DNA from: a virus
Taxonomy: Duplodnaviria > Caudoviricetes
DNA: 64,000 bases
IMG/VR virus record: IMGVR_UViG_3300021426_000001
Direction: 5' to 3' (one strand)
Shown here one piece after another: positions 8,538-14,996 of this stretch. Within the stretch, counting starts at the first letter, position 1. Each line of letters starts with the position of its first letter. The position numbers and the translations under genes are program-made. Under the pieces are notes generated by a model. The model saw only the letters and a list, made by a program, of their open reading frames with translations, was not told the origin of the DNA and made no database searches.

Positions 8538-8610
8538 TAGTCCCAAGGGGAATCGAACCCCTATTACCGGATTGAGAGTCCAGCGTTCTAGGCCGTTAAA
8601 CTATGGGACC
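8538..8610 (-). tRNA. tRNA-Glu(CTC)
   Basis: Cloverleaf, loop CTCTCAA. Confidence 0.9.
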
Positions 8611-8615
8611 AAAAG

Positions 8616-8736
8616 TCAAGATTCCTTGTTAACTGGGCTCGAACCAGCGACCTCTCGTCTTTGCGACGAGCGCTCTACCAACTGAGCTACAATGCATAGA
8701 AATGGCTGCATAGGATAGAGTTGCTGAGGAATCTTT
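8616..8736 (-). ncRNA. CAGCAA-stem RNA copy 2 with tRNA-like D/anticodon/T cargo
   Basis: AAGATTCCT/AGGAATCTT stem, CAGCAA; GCTCAGTTGGTAGAGC D arm, GCAAA-looped anticodon arm, T arm, no acceptor stem. Confidence 0.7.
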
Positions 8737-8739
8737 TAG

Positions 8740-8810
8740 AGCGTCGTACCGGGGTCGAACCGGTGACCTCTGATTGGAAGTCAGAAATTTTACCGCTAAA
8801 CTAACGACGC
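8740..8810 (-). tRNA. tRNA-Gly(TCC)
   Basis: Cloverleaf, loop CTTCCAA. Confidence 0.88.
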
Positions 8811-8815
8811 ATAAA

Positions 8816-8900
8816 CGAGATAGAGTTGTCGGATTTGAACCGGCTTGCTTTGATTTTTTGATCATCATTGTGTATCCAAAGAATTTGCTGGATCTATCTC
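8816..8900 (-). ncRNA. CAGCAA-stem RNA copy 3 with T-arm cargo
   Basis: GAGATAGA/TCTATCTC stem, CAGCAA, GCCGGTTCAAATCCGAC T-arm-like hairpin. Confidence 0.65.
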
Positions 8901-8904
8901 TTAG

Positions 8905-8975
8905 AGCGCCTATCGGGAATCGAACCCGAAACTCCACCATGGCAAGGTGGCTTGTTACCATTACACTATAGGCGC
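8905..8975 (-). tRNA. tRNA-Gly(GCC)
   Basis: Cloverleaf, loop TTGCCAT. Confidence 0.88.
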
Positions 8976-8991
8976 GTATGTTTAATTTTAG

Positions 8992-9084
8992 AAGCGGGAC
9001 TGGGATTCGAACCCAGGGAGGGTAGGGTCACTACCCCCGACGGTTTTCAAGACCGCTGCAATAAACCAGCTCTGCCACCCCGCC
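8992..9084 (-). tRNA. tRNA-Ser(TGA)
   Basis: Long variable arm, loop CTTGAAA. Confidence 0.88.
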
Positions 9085-9243
9085 ATGACCAGCTTAAAGT
9101 TTCCTTCTATCCCTAAGCGTCGGGAGCTGATTGACTCATTCTTTTCAATAACTCTGCCTAGCAGAGAGTCTAGAATTTGAGACCTGTCGGACTTAGAACA
9201 TCACCTTCTGCAGCAGATGATGAACGAACTTCCGCGAACGTAG

Positions 9244-9332
9244 AGGCGGGTGCAGGATTCGAACCTGCGGGGCCTTTTTGGAGGCCCTTCTCGTTAGCAC
9301 CGAGACGGTTTAGACCACTCACCCAACCCGCC
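9244..9332 (-). tRNA. tRNA-Ser(GCT)
   Basis: Long variable arm, loop GTGCTAA. Confidence 0.88.
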
Positions 9333-9395
9333 ATAAAATAAAGCCGAAATTTCAATCTTCTGATCATCATCTCGGATGATCGATCTTAATATAGG

Positions 9396-9403
9396 TATTT
9401 ATA
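9396..9403 (-). promoter_or_regulatory. late promoter TATAAATA for tRNA sub-operon
   Basis: Exact motif upstream of leader motif and tRNA-Ser. Confidence 0.5.
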
Positions 9404-9451
9404 CCGAAGTAAAAATTCAACCAGTCGAATTTTATACCGAAGTCAAATTTG

Positions 9452-9564
9452 TCAAGATGTCATACTTATGGCTCCCGGGGTTGGAATCGAACCAACTTCT
9501 TCCGCATCAAGTGCGGTGCTCTCCTCTAGAGCTACCCTGGAAAAGAGTTGCTGTTGGCATCTTT
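9452..9564 (-). ncRNA. CAGCAA-stem RNA copy 4 enclosing a whole tRNA-like cloverleaf with CCA (9469-9541)
   Basis: AAGATGCCA/TGACATCTT stem, CAGCAA; cloverleaf with 5-nt anticodon loop CTTGA. Confidence 0.7.
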
Positions 9565-9583
9565 AGGAGAAGTTCTCCATTAG

Positions 9584-9667
9584 AGCTACCAGTAGGACTC
9601 GAACCTACGAAGGCTTGCGCCAGCAGTTTTGCAGACTGCTTCCTTTGCCGCTCGGATTCATGGCAGC
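9584..9667 (-). tRNA. tRNA-Cys(GCA) with long variable arm
   Basis: Loop CTGCAAA, U73, variable arm GGCGCAAGCC. Confidence 0.75.
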
Positions 9668-9678
9668 ATATTTGTTAG

Positions 9679-9752
9679 TCTTCCGCCCAGGATTCGAACC
9701 TGGATCAAGGGCTTCGTAGGCCCGTATGCTGAGTCCATTACACCAGCGGAAG
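9679..9752 (-). tRNA. tRNA-Arg(ACG)
   Basis: Cloverleaf, loop CTACGAA. Confidence 0.85.
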
Positions 9753-9765
9753 AAAAAATTAACTA

Positions 9766-9849
9766 TCGGGCCACGAGGAGTCGAACCTCTCCGCACCGCC
9801 CTGGATTTTAACGGCCCGGGTTATGAGTCCGGCCCAAGGTAATGGCCCG
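9766..9849 (-). ncRNA. D-arm-less tRNA-like RNA, anticodon CAT
   Basis: CGGGCCA/TGGCCCG acceptor, CTCATAA loop, T arm; D arm replaced by ~9 nt; enlarged variable region. Confidence 0.55.
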
Positions 9850-9866
9850 ATTCAGTCTTTAGTAAG

Positions 9867-10133
9867 TTATCGGCTGCTTCTTACGGACATTCTAGCTAGG
9901 TGCTGGAAGGTATTTCTCGCGTAGCCGTATTTCTGCCAGTTCTCACGTTCTACGCTGTTGTATGTGTTGTAGATGTGAGCGAAAGTGACTATCACTGGCA
10001 TCGGATCAATTCCTCTTTGACGACGAACCTGAAGCTGATAGTTGAGCATATCTTCGATCTCTTGGCGTCTCTTGTCAGTCTCAGATTTATTGAGCTTGAA
10101 GAGTTTTACTTCTTCTTTCATAAAGTTCTCCAT
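9867..10133 (-). CDS. hypothetical protein within tRNA island
   Basis: 88-aa ORF exactly filling a gap between tRNAs. Confidence 0.55.
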   Translation of the reverse strand: MENFMKEEVKLFKLNKSETDKRRQEIEDMLNYQLQVRRQRGIDPMPVIVTFAHIYNTYNSVERENWQKYGYARNTFQHLARMSVRSSR

Positions 10134-10144
10134 TTTGAAGTTAG

Positions 10145-10228
10145 TCCCCGCGACAGGACTCGAACCTGTACGTCCTTTCGGACACCTGATCCTAAGTCAG
10201 GCGCGTCTACCAATTCCGCCACGTGGGG
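10145..10228 (-). tRNA. tRNA-Leu(TAG)
   Basis: Loop CTTAGGA, long variable arm. Confidence 0.9.
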
Positions 10229-10236
10229 AAATATAG

Positions 10237-10309
10237 TGGGGCCCCTCGGAGTCGAACCGAGATCTCCGGATTTTCAGTCCAGCGCATTGACCACCTCTGC
10301 CAGAGCCCC
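10237..10309 (-). tRNA. tRNA-Phe(GAA)
   Basis: Loop CTGAAAA. Confidence 0.9.
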
Positions 10310-10314
10310 AAAGA

Positions 10315-10444
10315 TCAAGATAACATTTCTTAGGAAGCCGAGTCCTGAACCACTAGACGATGGACCCCATACGGATCCAGCTGGATTCGAACCAGCGTTA
10401 CGGCCTTGGGATTTAAGAAAAGATAAATTGCTGTTGTTATCTTT
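10315..10444 (-). ncRNA. CAGCAA-stem RNA copy 5, carrying circularly permuted Glu/Asp-type tRNA body
   Basis: AAGATAACA/TGTTATCTT stem, CAGCAA; order T arm, acceptor closed by a loop, D arm. Confidence 0.75.
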
Positions 10445-10452
10445 TAAGAGTT

Positions 10453-10522
10453 TCAAGATCCGTCTTTTCAACGTAGTCTGATTACCAATCGGATGTTGTA
10501 AGTGATTTGCAGTATGGATCTT
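10453..10522 (-). ncRNA. CAGCAA-stem RNA copy 6 with Thr(GGT)-like anticodon hairpin
   Basis: AAGATCC/GGATCTT stem, CTGCAA; TCCGA-TTGGTAA-TCAGA. Confidence 0.65.
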
Positions 10523-10527
10523 ATTAG

Positions 10528-10602
10528 TCTCCCCTCAGGGATTCGAACCCCGGTTTTGCCTGTTTGTAAGACAGGTGCCATAACCAGCTAGGCGAAGGAG
10601 AG
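10528..10602 (-). tRNA. tRNA-Val(TAC)
   Basis: Loop CTTACAA. Confidence 0.88.
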
Positions 10603-10745
10603 ATATGGACCTCTCATTCAGTTTCCCAAATGTGTACATAGAAGTCCAGCCAGTTTTCCATAAGCCCGAGCCCAGATTGAACTGGCAGAAACAGGTTCCT
10701 CGAGCATCACGACTTCTTTCATCCGTAGGACAAGAGAAGCGTTAG

Positions 10746-10819
10746 TCCTCATCCCTGGACTCGAACCAGGAACCTCCGCCTTATCAGAGCGAAGCGCTAA
10801 CCAATTGCGCCAGATGAGG
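10746..10819 (-). tRNA. tRNA-Ile(GAT)
   Basis: Loop CTGATAA. Confidence 0.9.
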
Positions 10820-10831
10820 ATAGAATATTTA

Positions 10832-10905
10832 TGGGAGTACCGAGACTCGAACTCGGATCCACAGATTAAGAGTCTGCTCGTCTAAACCGATTGACATATA
10901 CTCCC
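10832..10905 (-). tRNA. tRNA-Lys(CTT)
   Basis: Loop CTCTTAA. Confidence 0.88.
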
Positions 10906-11017
10906 GAAACACGAATGAGATGAAGATGATGTGTGAGATCCATCGATCTCCAGCTCAAACAATTTAGTTAAACTTGCGTTAGTAAACTCTTTTTCAAGTT
11001 AGTAAACTTCTGTTTCG

Positions 11018-11091
11018 TCCCGGTAGATGGATTCGAACCAACGACCTGCGGATTATGATTCCGTCGCTCTGACCAGCTGAGCTATACCGGG
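11018..11091 (-). tRNA. tRNA-Met or Ile2 (CAT)
   Basis: Loop ATCATAA; elongator-type body. Confidence 0.85.
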
Positions 11092-11159
11092 CTAAATTCC
11101 ACTGGCAGTTTGTGAGATACTGCCTAAACTCCTGAGGGCTACCTCAGAAAGCTAAAATC

Positions 11160-11233
11160 TCAAGATAGAGTGGCCTTACGCCACGAGCCTCAAAGAAATG
11201 GTGAAGTTGGTTGTGATTTGCTGTATCTATCTT
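11160..11233 (-). ncRNA. CAGCAA-stem RNA copy 7
   Basis: AAGATAGA/TCTATCTT stem, CAGCAA. Confidence 0.65.
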
Positions 11234-11240
11234 AAAAGTG

Positions 11241-11346
11241 AAGAGCGATCTCCCTCGAACTCGTCGCAGTAGCTAGTCATCTAATTCGAAGTGTTGCAGG
11301 AGGTGTGTTAGGACTATCGGCCGCGAACAGCCTCCGAGTTGCTCTT
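11241..11346 (-). ncRNA. candidate three-way-junction RNA
   Basis: Stems AAGAGC/GCTCTT, GGAGG/CCTCC, CTTCGAATT/AGTTCGAGG. Confidence 0.45.
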
Positions 11347-11348
11347 AG

Positions 11349-11423
11349 TAGTTCCATCCGGTGTCGAACCGGATTCTCCTGGTTGAAAACCAGACGACCT
11401 AAACCAACGTAGTCTATGGAACC
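11349..11423 (-). tRNA. tRNA-Glu(TTC)
   Basis: Loop TTTTCAA. Confidence 0.85.
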
Positions 11424-11434
11424 AAAATGTTTAG

Positions 11435-11563
11435 CGCCAGACGGAGGAATCGAACCTCGTTTCCGTTTCATTGCAACTTCGACGGACTTTTGATCGAGAA
11501 GCACCAACGTATCAGCATCGCCGAAGTGTTGCAACCTCCATTGACGCCTATCTCGCATCCAGC
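11435..11563 (-). ncRNA. tRNA-like RNA (acceptor and T arm) with long internal hairpin
   Basis: GCTGGATG/CGTCTGGC, GAGGTTCGATTCCTC, TTGCAACACTTCGGCG/CGTCGAAGTTGCAA. Confidence 0.5.
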
Positions 11564-11573
11564 ATAAAGAGTT

Positions 11574-11644
11574 TCAAGATGGTGGGGCTAACCCCAGAAT
11601 TCGAATTGCAGGCGAATGATTTTGAGAATCGCTGAACCATCTTT
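11574..11644 (-). ncRNA. CAGCAA-stem RNA copy 8
   Basis: AAGATGGT/ACCATCTT stem, CAGCGA variant. Confidence 0.6.
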
Positions 11645-11648
11645 TTAG

Positions 11649-11721
11649 TAGCGCCATCGGGATTCGAACCCGAGTTCCATGAATGAAAATCATGTGTCCT
11701 AGGCCTCTAGACGATAGCGCC
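11649..11721 (-). tRNA. tRNA-Glu(TTC)
   Basis: Loop TTTTCAT. Confidence 0.9.
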
Positions 11722-11730
11722 ATAATTTAG

Positions 11731-11807
11731 TAGCGGGTCCGGGAGTCGAACTCCGGTATCTCAGAGGTTATGAGCCTCGAATGGTATATCCGTTCCACTC
11801 ACCCGCG
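11731..11807 (-). tRNA. tRNA-fMet-like (CAT)
   Basis: Starts CGCGGG, unpaired 1:72, loop CTCATAA. Confidence 0.75.
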
Positions 11808-11894
11808 ATAAAACCGGTGGAATTGAAGGTTAGAAGACCTATGACGTCGTGCCTTCAGTTCGATCAATTCCCTTGACCTATTAGTCTTTGTCCT

Positions 11895-11968
11895 TGGCTC
11901 CTACCGGATTCGAACCGAATGTCTGCCGTCTTCTCGACGGCCGTCCTAGTCCACTAGACGAAAGAGTC
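11895..11968 (-). ncRNA. tRNA mimic, Glu/Asp-type body, anticodon loop replaced by GAGAA
   Basis: GTCTAGTGGACTAGGAC D arm; GCCGTC-GAGAA-GACGGC; T arm. Confidence 0.55.
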
Positions 11969-11994
11969 AATTTCGTGACCGTAAGTCAAATTAG

Positions 11995-12068
11995 TCGGGC
12001 ATGCAGGATTCGAACCTGCGACATCTTGCTCCCAAAGCAAGCGCTCTACCAGACTGAGCTAATGCCCG
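11995..12068 (-). tRNA. tRNA-Pro(TGG)
   Basis: Loop TTTGGGA. Confidence 0.92.
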
Positions 12069-12069
12069 A

Positions 12070-12600
12070 AAATGGAAAGAAACGTTTAACTTCCCGTGTC
12101 CTCGACTACCTCATCCGAGACCTAGTCTCAGAGCCCAATTAGCGGCAGTGTTGAACTTTTCTCGACCTGGGTCTTGGGAACCTAGGCGAACGAATTTTGG
12201 TTTAACCCTTTCGAGATGGACTTATGAAGGTAATGCCCTCGCCTTCTCTATTCAGGGATTCATATCGGCGTTCGGACTCTCACCGAACCTATTTCTTGGA
12301 ATTCCTTGACCAGCGATATGATCAGTCCGACCGTTGACGAAATTGCTGGGATTTCGCGCCCAGCCCGATCGGATTTTTGACAGCACTACGGATCTCACGT
12401 AGATCTTTACCCACCTATGGTCTGTTTCGGCAGCAGAACTGCCAAAGAGTAACCGCCCTATACTTAAACCCTCTAGAAAAGCTTGTTCTAGGACTTGCCT
12501 ATCGTCGTCCCTGTCTCAATCAGACTCGAACTGATTTCTCTGCCACGATTGACAGCGTCTTTATCCGGAAGACCTTTTTGACAGTTTCTATTGTCAGCCG
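12070..12600 (-). ncRNA. candidate large structured ncRNA (~530 nt)
   Basis: No credible ORF; many hairpins with T-loop-like loops between tRNA-Asn and tRNA-Pro. Confidence 0.55.
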
Positions 12601-12604
12601 TTAG

Positions 12605-12677
12605 CTGTCCCACCAGGACTCGAACCTGGGACTAAGGCATTAACAGTGCCCTGATCTACCAACTGATCTATGGGACA
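12605..12677 (-). tRNA. tRNA-Asn(GTT)
   Basis: Loop CTGTTAA. Confidence 0.9.
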
Positions 12678-12748
12678 ATAGAAAAATTAAAGCCGAAATT
12701 TCAATTTGCGGATCCTTCTCTCGGAAGGTCTCTTATTTTGATGTTCAT

Positions 12749-12777
12749 AATATAGAAAAGAATTTGCGGTTCGTAAA
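12749..12777 (-). promoter_or_regulatory. early promoter with A-rich UP element for tRNA operon
   Basis: TTTACG-17-TATATT; phased A tracts upstream. Confidence 0.7.
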
Positions 12778-12858
12778 CCCTTTTTCTTAAAAATTTTTGA
12801 ATTTTTTTGAAAAAGTTCTTTTCCGTAATGATCATCATCACAGATTTAGTGATTTTAG

Positions 12859-12931
12859 CGCTGGAAGAGGGAATCGAACCCCCAACCGCCTGATTACAAA
12901 TCAGGTGCTCTACCTATTGAGCTATTCCAGC
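12859..12931 (-). tRNA. tRNA-Thr(TGT)
   Basis: Loop TTTGTAA. Confidence 0.9.
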
Positions 12932-12959
12932 AGAACGTGAGCTTATTGACCTCGTCACT

Positions 12960-13037
12960 TCGGAAATGCTGGAATCGAACCAGCGTCTTCTGCCCACTGG
13001 GGTGCAGCTTCACTTGGCCTTGCTATGATAACTCCCG
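12960..13037 (-). ncRNA. tRNA mimic or pseudo-tRNA, Pro-type acceptor, aberrant anticodon arm
   Basis: CGGGAGT/ATTTCCG, T arm GCTGGTTCGATTCCAGC, no U33 loop. Confidence 0.5.
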
Positions 13038-13145
13038 ATCAAAGGGTTTATCTCACGTAATTTCAATAGCGCTGGAACCAAGAGTCGGAAGAATTATCTC
13101 GAGACTTCTTCCTCCAGTCAGTTCCTCCATGAATCAATTTTCCAG

Positions 13146-13215
13146 CCGATCAACCAGGATTCGAACCTGAATGCGGACAGTCACGCCCTCGCTCTACCAG
13201 TTGAGCTACTGACCG
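13146..13215 (-). ncRNA. tRNA mimic or pseudo-tRNA with 6-nt anticodon loop
   Basis: Intact D arm GCTCAACTGGTAGAGC and T arm; GGGC-GTGACT-GTCC. Confidence 0.5.
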
Positions 13216-13241
13216 AACTGGGCCATATCATCATGAACTAG

Positions 13242-13315
13242 TGGAGACGATGAGAATCGAACTCATCACAGAATCCTTGCTAAGGACTCTCGCCGCCTTG
13301 GTAACATGCATCCCC
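13242..13315 (-). tRNA. tRNA-Ala(AGC)
   Basis: GGGGATG/CGTCTCC with G3:U70, loop TTAGCAA. Confidence 0.75.
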
Positions 13316-13321
13316 AAAATT

Positions 13322-13380
13322 TCAAGATCCGTTTTTATTCTGCCAAAATAGAATGTTTGTAGAGTTGCAGTATGGATCTT
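13322..13380 (-). ncRNA. CAGCAA-stem RNA copy 9
   Basis: Ends identical to copy 6 (AAGATCCATACTGCAA...ACGGATCTTG), different cargo hairpin. Confidence 0.65.
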
Positions 13381-13385
13381 TTTAG

Positions 13386-13471
13386 TGCCTAGTGAAGGAT
13401 TCGAACCTTCAAAGCCCGTTAGGGCGGGAGATTTACAGTCTCCTGGTGATCACCATCCCACCAGACTAGGC
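13386..13471 (-). tRNA. tRNA-Tyr(GTA)
   Basis: Loop CTGTAAA, long variable arm. Confidence 0.88.
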
Positions 13472-13827
13472 GTGTTCTCACGGATCGACGTTGCCATCTT
13501 TATAGACGCTCCGAATAGATTTCGTCTTTACGATCGGACATATTGAGAGGTTACTTCCGACTGACCTTTCCCAGAACAGGATTGGTGGAAAGAAAGTGAA
13601 TTGAAACAGAATCAAAGCCCGTCCAGTTTGCTTATGCCTGTGCTCTCCACTGGATCGTGTCATCCTTACTCCATCTTACCTTTGCGCGTTTTTCAGATGG
13701 GCTTCAGAAGATCAACCGAGCTCTGCCCTCCATGAGATCTCAACGGCGGAGTAAACAGTGCATACGGTAGCGGTTCAAGACTGTCAAAGTCAATCTCTTG
13801 AAGCCGTTTCTCTTCATTTTCTAGTAG

Positions 13828-13901
13828 CGATACCTGAGAGATTCGAACTCTCGAATGTCGGTTAGACAGACCGATGTGTTTGGCCACTTCACCAAGGTAC
13901 C
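13828..13901 (-). tRNA. tRNA-Asp(GTC)
   Basis: Loop CTGTCTA. Confidence 0.85.
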
Positions 13902-13913
13902 AAAAATTTGTAG

Positions 13914-13984
13914 CGGTCTCAACGGGTCACGATCCCGTATCTTCGGCGTGACAAGCCGATATTCATCCATTAAACTATGAGACC
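13914..13984 (-). tRNA. tRNA-Asp(GTC)
   Basis: Loop TTGTCAC; atypical T-loop ATCGTGA. Confidence 0.75.
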
Positions 13985-13998
13985 AAAATATAGTGTAG

Positions 13999-14071
13999 CG
14001 CTGGAAGAGAGACTTGAACTCCCAACCTTCTCATTACGAAAGAGTTGCGCTACCAATTGCGCCATTCCAGC
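13999..14071 (-). tRNA. tRNA-Thr(CGT)
   Basis: Loop TTCGTAA. Confidence 0.88.
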
Positions 14072-14172
14072 AATTGTTAAATGGTGGCAGATTGCCTCCT
14101 CCTCAGTCATGCCTAGGAAACCTTGGGAGACAAGATTAAATCCAATGATGATCAATCATTAACTGCCTTTAG

Positions 14173-14245
14173 TGCCTCAAGAAGGACTCGAACCTTCAAC
14201 CCACTGATTAAGAGTCAGCTGCGCTACCAATTGCGCCATTGAGGC
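14173..14245 (-). tRNA. tRNA-Lys(CTT)
   Basis: Loop CTCTTAA. Confidence 0.9.
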
Positions 14246-14264
14246 ATAAAGAAAAAGAAGTTTG

Positions 14265-14375
14265 CGATTGATGATGGGCGATTCGAACCTCCCACCTCCA
14301 CCTTGGATCCAGTGGCGCTCTTCCGTGAGGTCCCTGTCTTTCGACTGGCAGTTTCCTCTAAGCTAATCAAGAATC
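14265..14375 (-). ncRNA. degenerate tRNA-like RNA with ~40-nt structured insert in D loop
   Basis: T-loop GTTCGAATC, GCTT/GAGC D stem around GTCGAAAGAC hairpin. Confidence 0.35.
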
Positions 14376-14615
14376 ACTTGACGAAATTTCCAGACTTACT
14401 AGATCATCCAGACGCTTCGTCCATTTTCTTTTTTGTAGATCGATCTCACCGTGATGACCCGGCAGGTCACGGTCCTTGCTATATCCTTCCTCACAGTTAT
14501 GATACCGTGAACAAGGTGCTTGTCTAAGACATCAGATATACTAAGATCAGTTCCAGACTTGTACTTCGCTTGGGTTGCTGGTCGTTTCAACCTGACTCGT
14601 TCTTGATCGATTTAG

Positions 14616-14689
14616 TGGACACAGACGGGAGTCGAACCCGTGATCTCCTGAGTGCAAATCAGGTGCCTTACCAACTAGGCTACTGGCCC
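14616..14689 (-). tRNA. tRNA-Ala(TGC)
   Basis: Loop TTTGCAC. Confidence 0.8.
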
Positions 14690-14762
14690 AAAATTTAAGA
14701 AAAGCCGTTTTGTTAAGTTGCAGATCTTATTCTCGATAGGATCTTGTTTTGTTGATGATTCA

Positions 14763-14791
14763 AATATAGATAAAAGTATTTGAGTCGTAAA
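14763..14791 (-). promoter_or_regulatory. early promoter with UP element
   Basis: TTTACG-17-TATATT; upstream A tracts nearly identical to 12780-12812. Confidence 0.7.
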
Positions 14792-14837
14792 CCCCTTTTC
14801 TTAAAAATTTTTGAATTTTTTTTGAAGAGAGGTTTTA

Positions 14838-14910
14838 TTGGGCAGGACGGATTCGAACCGCCGATCCCGAGTTCAAAGCCCGGAGCCTTAACCAACTTGG
14901 CTACTGCCCA
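14838..14910 (-). tRNA. tRNA-Gln(TTG)
   Basis: Loop CTTTGAA. Confidence 0.9.
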
Positions 14911-14916
14911 GTGCTA

Positions 14917-14990
14917 TGACCGAAGAGAGATTCGAACTCTCGCTTGTGGGATTTTAAGTTCCGTGCCTCTGCCAGTTGGGCTATTCGGCC
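14917..14990 (-). tRNA. tRNA-Leu(TAA), short variable loop
   Basis: GCCCAACTGGCAGAGGC D arm, loop CTTAAAA. Confidence 0.75.
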
Positions 14991-14996
14991 AGAAAG

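Noticed and set aside
9388-9416. Early promoter
   Set aside because: The -35-like TTTACT is only 14 nt from TATATT; only the late TATAAATA is retained.
11241-11346. HDV-like theta ribozyme after tRNA-Glu
   Set aside because: I could not assemble the P1/P3/L3/P1.1 nested pseudoknot; kept only as an unassigned structured RNA.
12070-12600. tmRNA or RNase P RNA
   Set aside because: No Ala-type acceptor ends and no GAGGAAAGTCC-type RNase P core were visible.
7914-13380. CRISPR array or attachment-site repeats
   Set aside because: Repeats are irregularly spaced, pair end-to-end with covariation and are not identical direct repeats; no cas or integrase gene is seen.
14696-14735. Additional CAGCAA-scaffold copy (CTGCAA present)
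   Set aside because: Stem is poor and the sequence is better explained as the tRNA-operon leader word after promoter 14763-14791.
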